Numbered from the stretch's first letter, positions 27,641-35,804 are shown. The stretch is 39,105 nt of DNA from a virus (IMGVR_UViG_3300025571_000012:1-39105), one strand, 5' to 3'. The notes: generated from the sequence alone by a model not told the origin. Made by a program: numbers and translations.

Positions 27641-27935
27641 GTCGCTTGCTCGCCGACCACGTTGGTGGTATTCCGGTTTCGCAAACGAAATTTCGCCCAC
27701 CAATTTTTGTTTCATATGTATCAGAGATTATGATCTTCTCACCCCATCAGGCCATTGATCGAGGCGTCGTCAACGGATGAGGTCATCGAAGCAGCCCAAC
27801 ACGACTAACAAATAGAATATATACTTCTGTTAAGATCGGCGATGCGCCGAGAGAACCAATTGTGTCAATTTACACTTGCGATTTTATGACACGCCTTTCG
27901 CGTGTGATTATTATCTACGCCATTAGGTGAGTGAT

Positions 27936-28826
27936 ATGACGAAAATTTATACTCAGTGCGCCGTTGATATTATTAGGGATGAAGCTCTCAAGACAGTTAG
28001 CGAAATCAATCGGGTCCCGCTCCATTATCTCGTCGAGGACCAAGGTCTCGCCTACTCCTACTTTCTCGCGACTGTCTTCGATGGACATGGTGCCCTGCGT
28101 CCGTGGCTCCTCCAGCGAGATGTTGGTGGCGTGGTCACCGTGATCGGCCACGGTGACATCAACAATCTGAACTCCGCCCTCGACCGCAGCCGTTCCAAGC
28201 TCGCAAACTGCGTCACGGGACTGCGCTCCCTGCCGCCCATCACCATCGAGACTGGCAAGCGCTATCGCTTCGAGGTGCGCGTTTGCCCGACTGTCAATGC
28301 CACGCCGCGCGGGAACGACAAGGGCGGCGAGATGGACGTGTTTCTCGCCGAGGAGCGGAAGGGAACGATCCCTGTCGGGGAGAAGCGTCATGACGGCGTT
28401 GCGCGCAGGGAAATCTACCGTGCCTGGCTCCAGCGCAAACTGCCAGGCGCCACAATCGACGACTTCTACTACAACCACCGGGAAAATTGGCGGATCGGCT
28501 CCTTCTACCGCCGCAGCGGCCAGTCCTGGAAGCTGAACAGGTGGCCCGTGGCGCACATGGAGGGCAAGCTGACCGTCCATGACGAGAACACCTTCTTCCA
28601 CGCCATATCCCAGGGGGTCGGTCGCCAAAGCGCCTACGGCTTCGGTGCTATTCGGCTCGACCTGATCGAGGACAAGGAGCGCTCGTGGACGGGCCGGTTT
28701 GGGGCCGCCTGCTCTGCCGATCACGTCCTGAGACTGAGACGATCCAGGGCGTCTCAAGAACTCGGCTATCCAGGCGATCATGGCCAACTTCCGACGAGCG
28801 CTTCACGCACTATGGCACCCCAATAA
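27936..28826 (+). CDS. cas6e: Stand-alone type I-E Cas6 (Cas6e/CasE/Cse3)-like protein
   Basis: GKRYRFEVRVCPT, YRAWLQRKL, EGKLTVHD and the Gly-rich loop GVGRQSAYGFGAIRL; in-frame GTG also at 27927. Confidence 0.85.
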   Translation: MTKIYTQCAVDIIRDEALKTVSEINRVPLHYLVEDQGLAYSYFLATVFDGHGALRPWLLQRDVGGVVTVIGHGDINNLNSALDRSRSKLANCVTGLRSLPPITIETGKRYRFEVRVCPTVNATPRGNDKGGEMDVFLAEERKGTIPVGEKRHDGVARREIYRAWLQRKLPGATIDDFYYNHRENWRIGSFYRRSGQSWKLNRWPVAHMEGKLTVHDENTFFHAISQGVGRQSAYGFGAIRLDLIEDKERSWTGRFGAACSADHVLRLRRSRASQELGYPGDHGQLPTSASRTMAPQ

Positions 28827-28973
28827 CTCCGCATCCTAAGTCCGAAATCAATTTTCGTTTTCAGATCGAACATGTTATGGTGATTACTGCGGAATTGGTT
28901 TAAGTTGTACTCTCGCGATCATTGGTCCCGTGTTGCTTTATGAAGATACTGAAATGCATTTTATGGTGCACTA

Positions 28974-29291
28974 ATGAAGAAATACGCAGTTTTCAGTAGC
29001 TTGGACTTCGTCGGTGTCGTCGATTGCCTGGAGGAAGCCAGAGAATTGTTGTTTATCCGTAAAGCTCTCCAATATGGTGTTCTCGAAGAAGATAATGGAG
29101 AGTTTACGGCACTTAACGATGGTTCTGCCGTCTACAATGGATATCGGATTGTCCCGTTCGATACCAACAATCCTCTTCCGCAGTTGCGCGAAGCTTTCAA
29201 CGAGTTCAAGAAACTTTACTATTCCCGCAAAGAATGTCTCGACGAGATGCGGGCCATCGCGAAATCGTCTTGCATCCGCCCGGAATACTGA
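28974..29291 (+). CDS. Hypothetical protein
   Basis: 105-aa ORF followed by a GGGGCG/CGCCCC hairpin. Confidence 0.6.
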   Translation: MKKYAVFSSLDFVGVVDCLEEARELLFIRKALQYGVLEEDNGEFTALNDGSAVYNGYRIVPFDTNNPLPQLREAFNEFKKLYYSRKECLDEMRAIAKSSCIRPEY

Positions 29292-29336
29292 AAGTCGAAG
29301 TGGGGCGCACGGCGCCCCCTTTGTCATTTGAAAATC

Positions 29337-29960
29337 TCAGAACTTCTGCACCGCTGCCTGTTGGCATACATGCTGATGCATGCCTTCGTTTGCGGGCGGC
29401 TGAAGGTGGAACTTGCGGTCGCAGTAATCCTTGTACGACCAGAGAACTCCGTCCTCCACGTTCACCTTGTATTTTTGCAGAAGCCGCTTGTCGATAAGGT
29501 TGTTGATGCGGACAGCCTGCTTCATCAGGGAACCGTTCGGTCCCAGAAGACCATACATGGCACCGCAGAATTCGGCCTCTCCTGCCGTCTCTGCCGTGTC
29601 CTCGATCACCTGCATGATTTCGAGGAGGTCCTTCTGATTGGGATGCCCATCATTGATAGTGGCATAATCGATCCACTGAAGGACGCCAGTGTCGGTAGCC
29701 AGCTGCTCAATGTTCGATCGCTTTCCGAGGTGTTCACACGAGCCATCGATATATTCCATGGTCCAATAGAAGCGCGCGTAGGCCAAAACGTCCGGATCAA
29801 ACTCCTTTTTGAGCTGGTCCTCTTTCATCGTCCCTCTGCGCTGGAATGATGTCGGCAGCTCGTTGACGACTTTTGCCACGAACTCCTTGACCTCTTCGAG
29901 CGTTGCGGCCTGCACCGGTGAGACCATGAGAAGCGCCACGACCAAAGCTTTGATGCGCAA
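29337..29960 (-). CDS. Secreted hypothetical protein
   Basis: TTG start after GGAGG; signal peptide ending VQA-A; paired Cys. Confidence 0.65.
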   Translation of the reverse strand: MRIKALVVALLMVSPVQAATLEEVKEFVAKVVNELPTSFQRRGTMKEDQLKKEFDPDVLAYARFYWTMEYIDGSCEHLGKRSNIEQLATDTGVLQWIDYATINDGHPNQKDLLEIMQVIEDTAETAGEAEFCGAMYGLLGPNGSLMKQAVRINNLIDKRLLQKYKVNVEDGVLWSYKDYCDRKFHLQPPANEGMHQHVCQQAAVQKF

Positions 29961-30067
29961 TTCTTCCTCCCTACCATGGGCTCGGGAAAACACCCGGCGC
30001 AACTATATGGTGTGGCATCCCAGGCTTCAATGAGGATGACACGTCGCAATTTTCGTTTACTTTTTTG

Positions 30068-30099
30068 TTGACGCCGGGAAGTGCGTTGCTGTATAAATA
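30068..30099 (+). promoter_or_regulatory. Composite sigma70-like / late promoter of the tRNA operon
   Basis: TTGACG-N18-TATAAA; the -10 is also the full late consensus TATAAATA. Confidence 0.7.
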
Positions 30100-30141
30100 A
30101 CGTAAAGAAGGGCCTCGCCCTCGTTCGTCAGAGGATTAACG

Positions 30142-30213
30142 ATGTTCAACGTGTGTATCCCGAAATCGGGTCTCTGGAAACTCACACGCTCGGAGGGCTT
30201 GGGAGCGGTGTAA
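30142..30213 (+). CDS. Putative attenuator leader peptide MFNVCIPKSGLWKLTRSEGLGAV (Trp12)
   Basis: GAGGA RBS at 30131-30135; 23 codons; single TGG at 30175; 3' part is complementary to the downstream terminator arms. Confidence 0.65.
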   Translation: MFNVCIPKSGLWKLTRSEGLGAV

Positions 30214-30238
30214 CGCGCGTTGTTAATATCGCGACATC

Positions 30239-30275
30239 AGGCCCCCGAGACCGTTTGCTTCGGGGGGTTTGTTTT
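30239..30275 (+). terminator. Attenuator terminator 1
   Basis: AGGCCCCCGAG...TTCGGGGGGTTT-GTTTT. Confidence 0.65.
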
Positions 30276-30278
30276 CAG

Positions 30279-30309
30279 GAGCCCCCGAACCGCGTTCGGG
30301 GCTTTTTTT
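30279..30309 (+). terminator. Attenuator terminator 2
   Basis: GCCCCCGAAC-cgc-GTTCGGGGC followed by T7. Confidence 0.8.
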
Positions 30310-30341
30310 GTGCAGGAGGTTCTTGCGCGAAGTTTTCAATT

Positions 30342-30415
30342 AGGGCGGTGGTGTAACGGTAGCATGGCTGGCTCCAACCCAGCAGGTTCGGGTTCAAATC
30401 CTGGCCGCCCTGCCA
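30342..30415 (+). tRNA. tRNA-Trp(CCA)
   Basis: Cloverleaf, GCTGG-CTCCAAC-CCAGC anticodon arm, TTCAAAT T-loop, GCCA end. Confidence 0.95.
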
Positions 30416-30437
30416 GCCCGGTGGAATTGGGACCCGT

Positions 30438-30524
30438 GGGGTCTGAGCGTGGGGGTCGAGACCCCGGCCTCACCAGTTTCATCAGATTGACGGGCTGGGT
30501 GTTTGATCCTCCCCACCCGTTCCA
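30438..30524 (+). other. Two tRNA-like minihelices or remnants ending in CCA
   Basis: 30438-30475 and 30490-30524: acceptor-like stem, T-loop-like hairpin and NCCA, with no D or anticodon arm. Confidence 0.45.
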
Positions 30525-30623
30525 AGACGAACCGTCGTGGCTTTCAGATCAGGAGAGCCGCCCCAGCGTTGACCTCCGTACGAGGTAGCGAGGTCTGCTG
30601 GGGCGGATGGGGAAGGAATACGG

Positions 30624-30699
30624 GGACCCATAGCTCAATTGGTAGAGCAACAGACTTTTAATCTGGAGGTTTTCGGTTCGAGTCCGAATGGGTCTACCA
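30624..30699 (+). tRNA. tRNA-Lys(TTT)
   Basis: Cloverleaf, anticodon loop CT-TTT-AA, TTCGAGT T-loop, ACCA end. Confidence 0.95.
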
Positions 30700-30750
30700 G
30701 ACACAGGTACTCAGAGCAGTGCGAAGAGAGACATCTTAAGTCGGAGTGCA

Positions 30751-31482
30751 CTACTCCGCAGGCTTCCCGTCGCCGAAATGTGCCTGGAGATTGACCAGAT
30801 CGCGGTCGCCACCCAGAACCCTCAGACAATCCTCCACGCCTTTCCCGAAGCCCTCCGAGGCGACAGGCTCCTCGTGCTCAATCGAACTGCGAAGGCGTTC
30901 GATGTGCCCGAGAACGACACTGTCATCATCCTCCTCACCCTGTATGCACAGGGATGTGACGATTTCGTGGACCAAGACGGAATAGGCACCGTCATCCAGG
31001 CAGTAGTGGTCGCCGACCGCGTGAACGAGCCCTGCGACATATCCAATCACAAAGTTGTCATCGAGGGCCTCTCGACCTGGGATCACGTCCCGGATGCGCC
31101 TGGCGACGGTGTCTGCGTACTCGTGGGCGCTCTCCATGCGCCGGGCCAGTTCCTCCTCCAACTCGGCATCGAACTTCGCCTTCTCCTCCCTCCAGCCATC
31201 GGCAACTGACGCCCGGATCAGGCGCTTTCCCGCCCACTCGGCCACCGTCCGGTCCACAACCGGAATTTTCTCGGCCGGAAGGGCACGGATGAAAATGGAG
31301 CAGAGAAAGATCAGGATGTCCTTCTCATTGCATCCCTGATCGATGAGACGATCGATCAGACCGGTTGCGCTATCCCGAAACGTATTATTCGTCCTCCGCC
31401 AGATGAAACGAATGTCGAGACCGAGGCTGTCCCCCAGCTTGAAGGCGCTGTCCATTTTTCGTCGTCGAAAGAAGGTCCACAT
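30751..31482 (-). CDS. Hypothetical protein
   Basis: 243-aa ORF with GAGGA RBS. Confidence 0.65.
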   Translation of the reverse strand: MWTFFRRRKMDSAFKLGDSLGLDIRFIWRRTNNTFRDSATGLIDRLIDQGCNEKDILIFLCSIFIRALPAEKIPVVDRTVAEWAGKRLIRASVADGWREEKAKFDAELEEELARRMESAHEYADTVARRIRDVIPGREALDDNFVIGYVAGLVHAVGDHYCLDDGAYSVLVHEIVTSLCIQGEEDDDSVVLGHIERLRSSIEHEEPVASEGFGKGVEDCLRVLGGDRDLVNLQAHFGDGKPAE

Positions 31483-32098
31483 GGCTCATCCTCGGCGATC
31501 ATTTCCGATGACAGGTTGCGTCACACAGACTGACGATGAAAACGATTTCAGCCAAACATTCTCGGAACCAGCTACCTCACCGATGCCGTTTATTACTGCT
31601 GGTCCGCGCGGATACTCGTATATTCCCGCGTAATGGAGAAGCACTAAGCAGGCAACAGGCAACTATCTCGATTTCCTAAACTAGCCCATTGCGCCAGCTT
31701 CCTCCCCCATCCGCCGTTATTACTTCCGTGACCTACTCTGTCGGCAAGGGCTCGATGAATGTCGCATGTGCGACTGCGCCCACTCCGCCTTCGGTGCATG
31801 GAAAAGATGGCTTCAAATAGACAGATTCTTCCTACCCGGCCGGAAGGTTCGCATCAAGTCCGGCGCGCCGCTCCAGCGCGAAACCGAATGGTCCCAATGG
31901 GGAGGAGATCGTGAAGAGACCCGCGTTGTCCAGGTTACTGCGGCCAGGCCTGGGTCGTTCCATGCCTATCTTGAGAATCTGGTTTCCGGGACTGTTCGCT
32001 GGAGCCCTTGAGATACTGGGCGAAACCGAACGCAGTCGAGCAGGAGTACAGAAAAACTAATTTCGCTCTACGCTCCATTTGGGATATATTCGTTTACT

Positions 32099-32172
32099 GG
32101 AGGATTAGTTTAAAAGTAAAACACCCGTCTTACACGCGGGAGAAGGCGGCGCGATACCGCCATCCTCTACCA
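32099..32172 (+). tRNA. tRNA-Val(TAC) with non-canonical D- and T-loops
   Basis: All four stems pair; anticodon loop CT-TAC-AC; D-loop AAAAGTA; T-loop CGCGATA; ACCA end. Confidence 0.85.
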
Positions 32173-32189
32173 GTTTATCTCTTCTCCTA

Positions 32190-32264
32190 GGGCGCATAGC
32201 TCAACGGTAGAGCCGACGCCTCATAAGCGTCTCGATGGGGGTTCGACTCCCTCTGCGCCCACCA
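32190..32264 (+). tRNA. tRNA with CAT anticodon (likely Ile2, possibly elongator Met)
   Basis: Cloverleaf with GGGCGCA/TGCGCCC acceptor, CT-CAT-AA loop, ACCA end; paired G1-C72 so not an initiator. Confidence 0.9.
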
Positions 32265-32272
32265 TATCGACA

Positions 32273-32548
32273 ATGGATGCGATGATGCAGAAAGACCTCT
32301 CGAAGTCATCCACCTGCCTCAAGATACTGGCCATCATCCTGCCAGCAATACTCGTGCCTCCGATAATTATCACATGCCTATTTCCCGGCGACGACCGTCT
32401 TGAGAAAACTGAACGCGTGATAAGGAATGATTTCGCCGACGAAAAAATCAATTACATCATCGACGGAGCGCTGAAGCGGGGTTATATCAAATTCTGTCGC
32501 AACGCTGACGGGCGCGAGGAACTTCTATTCTCTGACGAATGTCAATGA
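32273..32548 (+). CDS. Small membrane-anchored protein
   Basis: N-terminal hydrophobic helix. Confidence 0.55.
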   Translation: MDAMMQKDLSKSSTCLKILAIILPAILVPPIIITCLFPGDDRLEKTERVIRNDFADEKINYIIDGALKRGYIKFCRNADGREELLFSDECQ

Positions 32549-32693
32549 TGTTTTTATTTCGGACTACTGCGCAAAAGAAGGACTCCACAAGCCTCACACC
32601 GACACGTTGATTTCGCAAACGAAACTTGGCGTTGCCCGCCCCTTGTGTTATGATCGCGACGTTCTTAATCAAGCAATTTCGCAGGAGCCATTC

Positions 32694-32969
32694 ATGAAGG
32701 AGTTGCAGACCGCGCTTTCCGACGCCGCTGAATTCATCGCATCAATCCCTCACAAGATCGGTGCCATGGAGCTGGCTGTTCGCTGCTACAGCCTGGCCAA
32801 CCAGTGCTCCGAGGAAGAGGCGGTCAACTGGTGGCACGAGGCCACCGCTGATCAGCATCAAAGCTCGAATGGCTACGTCTATCTGAGAATGCAGCCCTCC
32901 TTTGCCTCCTGTCCTTCATTCTCCATCCGGACGCGCGACCTCGCTTCGCTAATGCGCATCCTGGGATGA
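32694..32969 (+). CDS. Hypothetical protein
   Basis: AGGAG RBS before ATG 32694; TTGGCG-N17-TATGAT promoter from 32626. Confidence 0.6.
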   Translation: MKELQTALSDAAEFIASIPHKIGAMELAVRCYSLANQCSEEEAVNWWHEATADQHQSSNGYVYLRMQPSFASCPSFSIRTRDLASLMRILG

Positions 32970-33024
32970 GCAGTCCCGACACAGTCTCCTCGTGCAAGGT
33001 CCTTGACTGAACTGGAGCGACCCC

Positions 33025-33672
33025 GTGCAAGACTCCCTTCGTCTTACTGAGGACGAGATCGCCTTTCTCGCGCAAATCGAGGAAATTTCAGCACTCACTA
33101 CCGAGGAACGGAGGCGTCTCTCAGCCCTCATTCCGAAGATCGTGAACACCGCAAGGGTCGTCGATGACCTCATGAAGAAGTTCCAGATGCTTCGTCAGTC
33201 GGCAGTCGAGACGACCATCGATCTTCAGGAGAAGGTCTACTGTTCCAAGTTTGATCTGGCAGCTGCCCTCGAAATCATTGCACTTCGGGGCGACGATGCC
33301 GCGCGGGAATGGCTGAGGCTGAACCATCCGGGGCAACCAATGCCCGACCGTCCGTCTTGCAGAGACCTCATCAAGACCCTCATCGAACAGTACGAGGGCG
33401 GTGAGGTTTCCTTGGATGAGACTGTCGAGCAGATTATGACCATTTCCTGCCCTATCGACATCAACGCCTACATCGCGGAGATTCAGAGGGACCGAGAGGA
33501 ACTCTATGCGCTCGGAGCGGCTATCGACAGCTTCTTCACGCAGGTGAGCGAGTGGGAATACAGGACCAGCGGCTACAAGCAGCTGCTGTTCCAGGACGAG
33601 GCGCTCCGGTTCGCGGCCGAACGCCTCAGGGAACGGGCGATGAAGGCACGCCGCCTGATCTACGGTCCGTGA
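33025..33672 (+). CDS. Hypothetical helical protein
   Basis: 215-aa ORF, GTG start after GGAG. Confidence 0.65.
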   Translation: MQDSLRLTEDEIAFLAQIEEISALTTEERRRLSALIPKIVNTARVVDDLMKKFQMLRQSAVETTIDLQEKVYCSKFDLAAALEIIALRGDDAAREWLRLNHPGQPMPDRPSCRDLIKTLIEQYEGGEVSLDETVEQIMTISCPIDINAYIAEIQRDREELYALGAAIDSFFTQVSEWEYRTSGYKQLLFQDEALRFAAERLRERAMKARRLIYGP

Positions 33673-33740
33673 CCATTTCACATGTGAACCGGCGGCAGAC
33701 CATTTCACATGTGAACAGCCAGTCAGGCCATTTCGCACAC
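33671..33740. repeat. Tandem repeats containing the palindrome TTCACATGTGAA
   Basis: GACCATTTCACATGTGAAC at 33671 and 33698, degenerate third copy at 33726. Confidence 0.8.
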
Positions 33741-34246
33741 GGATTAATAAACGTGGCGACGCAGGTACACGTAGATTGCAAGCGCCGACATGCCGCAGGC
33801 GAATGCTGCTCCATACGAAATTGCTTTCAGGGACGGGTAGAACTCCGGGACGACGGCAGCACCGACAATCACTCCGAGCAAACCATCGTGGATACGCTTG
33901 CAGACACGTTCGTTTCGCAAAATCATTCTCGAAATCCGTTCTCGAAAAACTGTAAGAACAATAAGGGCCAATTCGATTGCTGACAACAAAATTCGTTCAC
34001 GAAAGCGAACGTTTACTCCCGCTTCCGGTCTGTTCAGAAACCACCGATGTCGTTTGTGACCGACTGTCCATCACCGCCGTCTCCGAGAAGGTGTGGGACT
34101 CCACGGTCGTCTCACCACCCAGCTCGTTTCCGCACCGCTCGGAACACTCGACGAGGGGACGGGTTCACGATGGACAGGGAACCTGTCTGGGGTGACCTGA
34201 AGCCTGTATATTGATAGAAACACCCTGTTGGGGGTTGAGGGCTTAG

Positions 34247-35800
34247 ATGCGCTTCCTTTTGGTCATTTCAGCATTCTGCCTTGCGTTCGCGTCTTCCGCG
34301 TTCGCACAAGGGCGTGATGTCGATTTCTATCGCGCCGAGCGTGCATTTAACAGCCTGGAGCCACAAAACAGGGTCTTGATGCAGCTGGCGTTGACGGCAG
34401 CAGGGTACTGGCCCGCTGTTCCGAACCAGACTTACTCCTTGCGTCTTCATCGGGAAGTCGTGCGCTTCCAGAGAGACCATGGGCTTATCCCGCGTGGTAT
34501 TCAGAACGCCTTGGATGCGTCGCATCTCATTGACAAGTCCCTTTGGCTTCTCAAGGCATGGGACCTGCGCATCGTCACTCTGCCCGGCCGATATCGCTTC
34601 ATTGTGGTGCCTGCGGGTCTCGATCTCCAGGTCCAGCATATAGAGGGAGGCTATCGTTTTCGCGCGGCTAAGGGGAGTTTTATACTCGAATTCAGTGCGC
34701 TGGAGGGCTCCAGGGAGCTTTTCGAACTTTTCCGCCATCTCTTGCGGGCCGAAGTGGAAAAGGCCGGGGACAAAATTACCTATGAGGTGGTGAAGCCGAC
34801 CTTCTTTGTCATCCAGGGAGAACAGGGGCTATACAAGCGATATTCTCGCTATCATCTGGACGGACCAGACATCATCGGCTTCGACATGTACTGGTCCGGT
34901 GATGGCCCTCCCGTCTTCGGGGATCGGCTCGTCACCATCATCTCCGGGTCCCTCTGGTCCTCCATGACCGGCTCGCCCTACCCTGATTTCAAGTTCTTCG
35001 AAATCCCCTCGAACAGGTCGAGCCCACCTGCGTATACCAGGGCGCCCGAACTATCTCCTGCGCCTGTTCCCAGTGCCCCTGGTCGGTCCATTCCCACGCA
35101 GAACTACCCGGTTCCACCGCCCGAGGAACCCAAGGTTCAGGCCAAGGTGCAGCCCAAGGCCGAGCCGGAGCCCGCTCCGAAGGTTTCGTCCGGCACGGGT
35201 TTCTTCGTGACGAAGGATGGGCACATCGTGACCAATGAGCATGTCATCGATACGTGCTCCACGGTCGAAGTCACGCCTTCTGGTCGCGACAAGATGCCTG
35301 CACGTGTGGTGGCGAAGGACAAAAAGAATGACCTAGCCGTCCTGAAGGTCCAATCAACCGACCATCCAGTCGCCAAAATCCGTCTCGGAACACGCCTGGG
35401 TGAGCCGGTTGCTGTGTTCGGGTTCCCGCTAAGCGTGGTCCTCTCATCGAGCGGCAACTTCACGCTTGGCAACATCACTGCCCTGTCGGGTCTGGGGGAC
35501 GACGAGCGCCACCTTCAGATTTCAGCACCTGTGCAGCTCGGCAACTCCGGTGGGCCTCTCCTCGACGAGAGCGGCAATGTTGTCGGCGTTGTCGCTGCCA
35601 AGATGAACACCCTTGCGGCTCTCTCAGCGCTTGGTGACGTCCCGCAGAACGTGAATTTCGCGATCAAGACGACGACGCTCGTCAACTTCCTCGACGTGAA
35701 TGGCATCCCCTACGAGCCCGGCCGACCCGGAGAGGCTCTCAAGCCATCCGACCTCGCCGACCGGGCCAAGGAGATCAGCGTCTTCATCAAGTGCCAGTGA
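34247..35800 (+). CDS. Secreted trypsin-like (S1) serine protease with N-terminal domains and Pro-rich linker
   Basis: Signal peptide; SSGTGF, TNEHV, DLAVL and GNSGGP catalytic-triad motifs. Confidence 0.9.
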   Translation: MRFLLVISAFCLAFASSAFAQGRDVDFYRAERAFNSLEPQNRVLMQLALTAAGYWPAVPNQTYSLRLHREVVRFQRDHGLIPRGIQNALDASHLIDKSLWLLKAWDLRIVTLPGRYRFIVVPAGLDLQVQHIEGGYRFRAAKGSFILEFSALEGSRELFELFRHLLRAEVEKAGDKITYEVVKPTFFVIQGEQGLYKRYSRYHLDGPDIIGFDMYWSGDGPPVFGDRLVTIISGSLWSSMTGSPYPDFKFFEIPSNRSSPPAYTRAPELSPAPVPSAPGRSIPTQNYPVPPPEEPKVQAKVQPKAEPEPAPKVSSGTGFFVTKDGHIVTNEHVIDTCSTVEVTPSGRDKMPARVVAKDKKNDLAVLKVQSTDHPVAKIRLGTRLGEPVAVFGFPLSVVLSSSGNFTLGNITALSGLGDDERHLQISAPVQLGNSGGPLLDESGNVVGVVAAKMNTLAALSALGDVPQNVNFAIKTTTLVNFLDVNGIPYEPGRPGEALKPSDLADRAKEISVFIKCQ

Positions 35801-35804
35801 GGCG

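Noticed and set aside
27050-28970. CRISPR array or mini-array next to cas6e, including CGCGGGGGAAAC near 27302
   Set aside because: No repeated ~29-nt unit found by eye; the motif resembles only half of a type I-E repeat and lacks the complementary arm.
30142-30213. TnaC homology of the leader peptide (Trp at position 12)
   Set aside because: Lacks TnaC Asp16 and terminal Pro24, and intrinsic terminators point to trpL-type attenuation instead.
31766-32011. 81-aa ORF upstream of tRNA-Val
   Set aside because: No RBS or recognisable motif; may be a gene remnant but is not supportable.
33671-33740. CRISPR interpretation of the tandem repeats
   Set aside because: Gaps are only 8-9 nt, far too short for spacers.
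33744-33989. 81-aa hydrophobic minus-strand ORF (holin-like?)
   Set aside because: Weak start context and far from the endolysin; cannot support a call.
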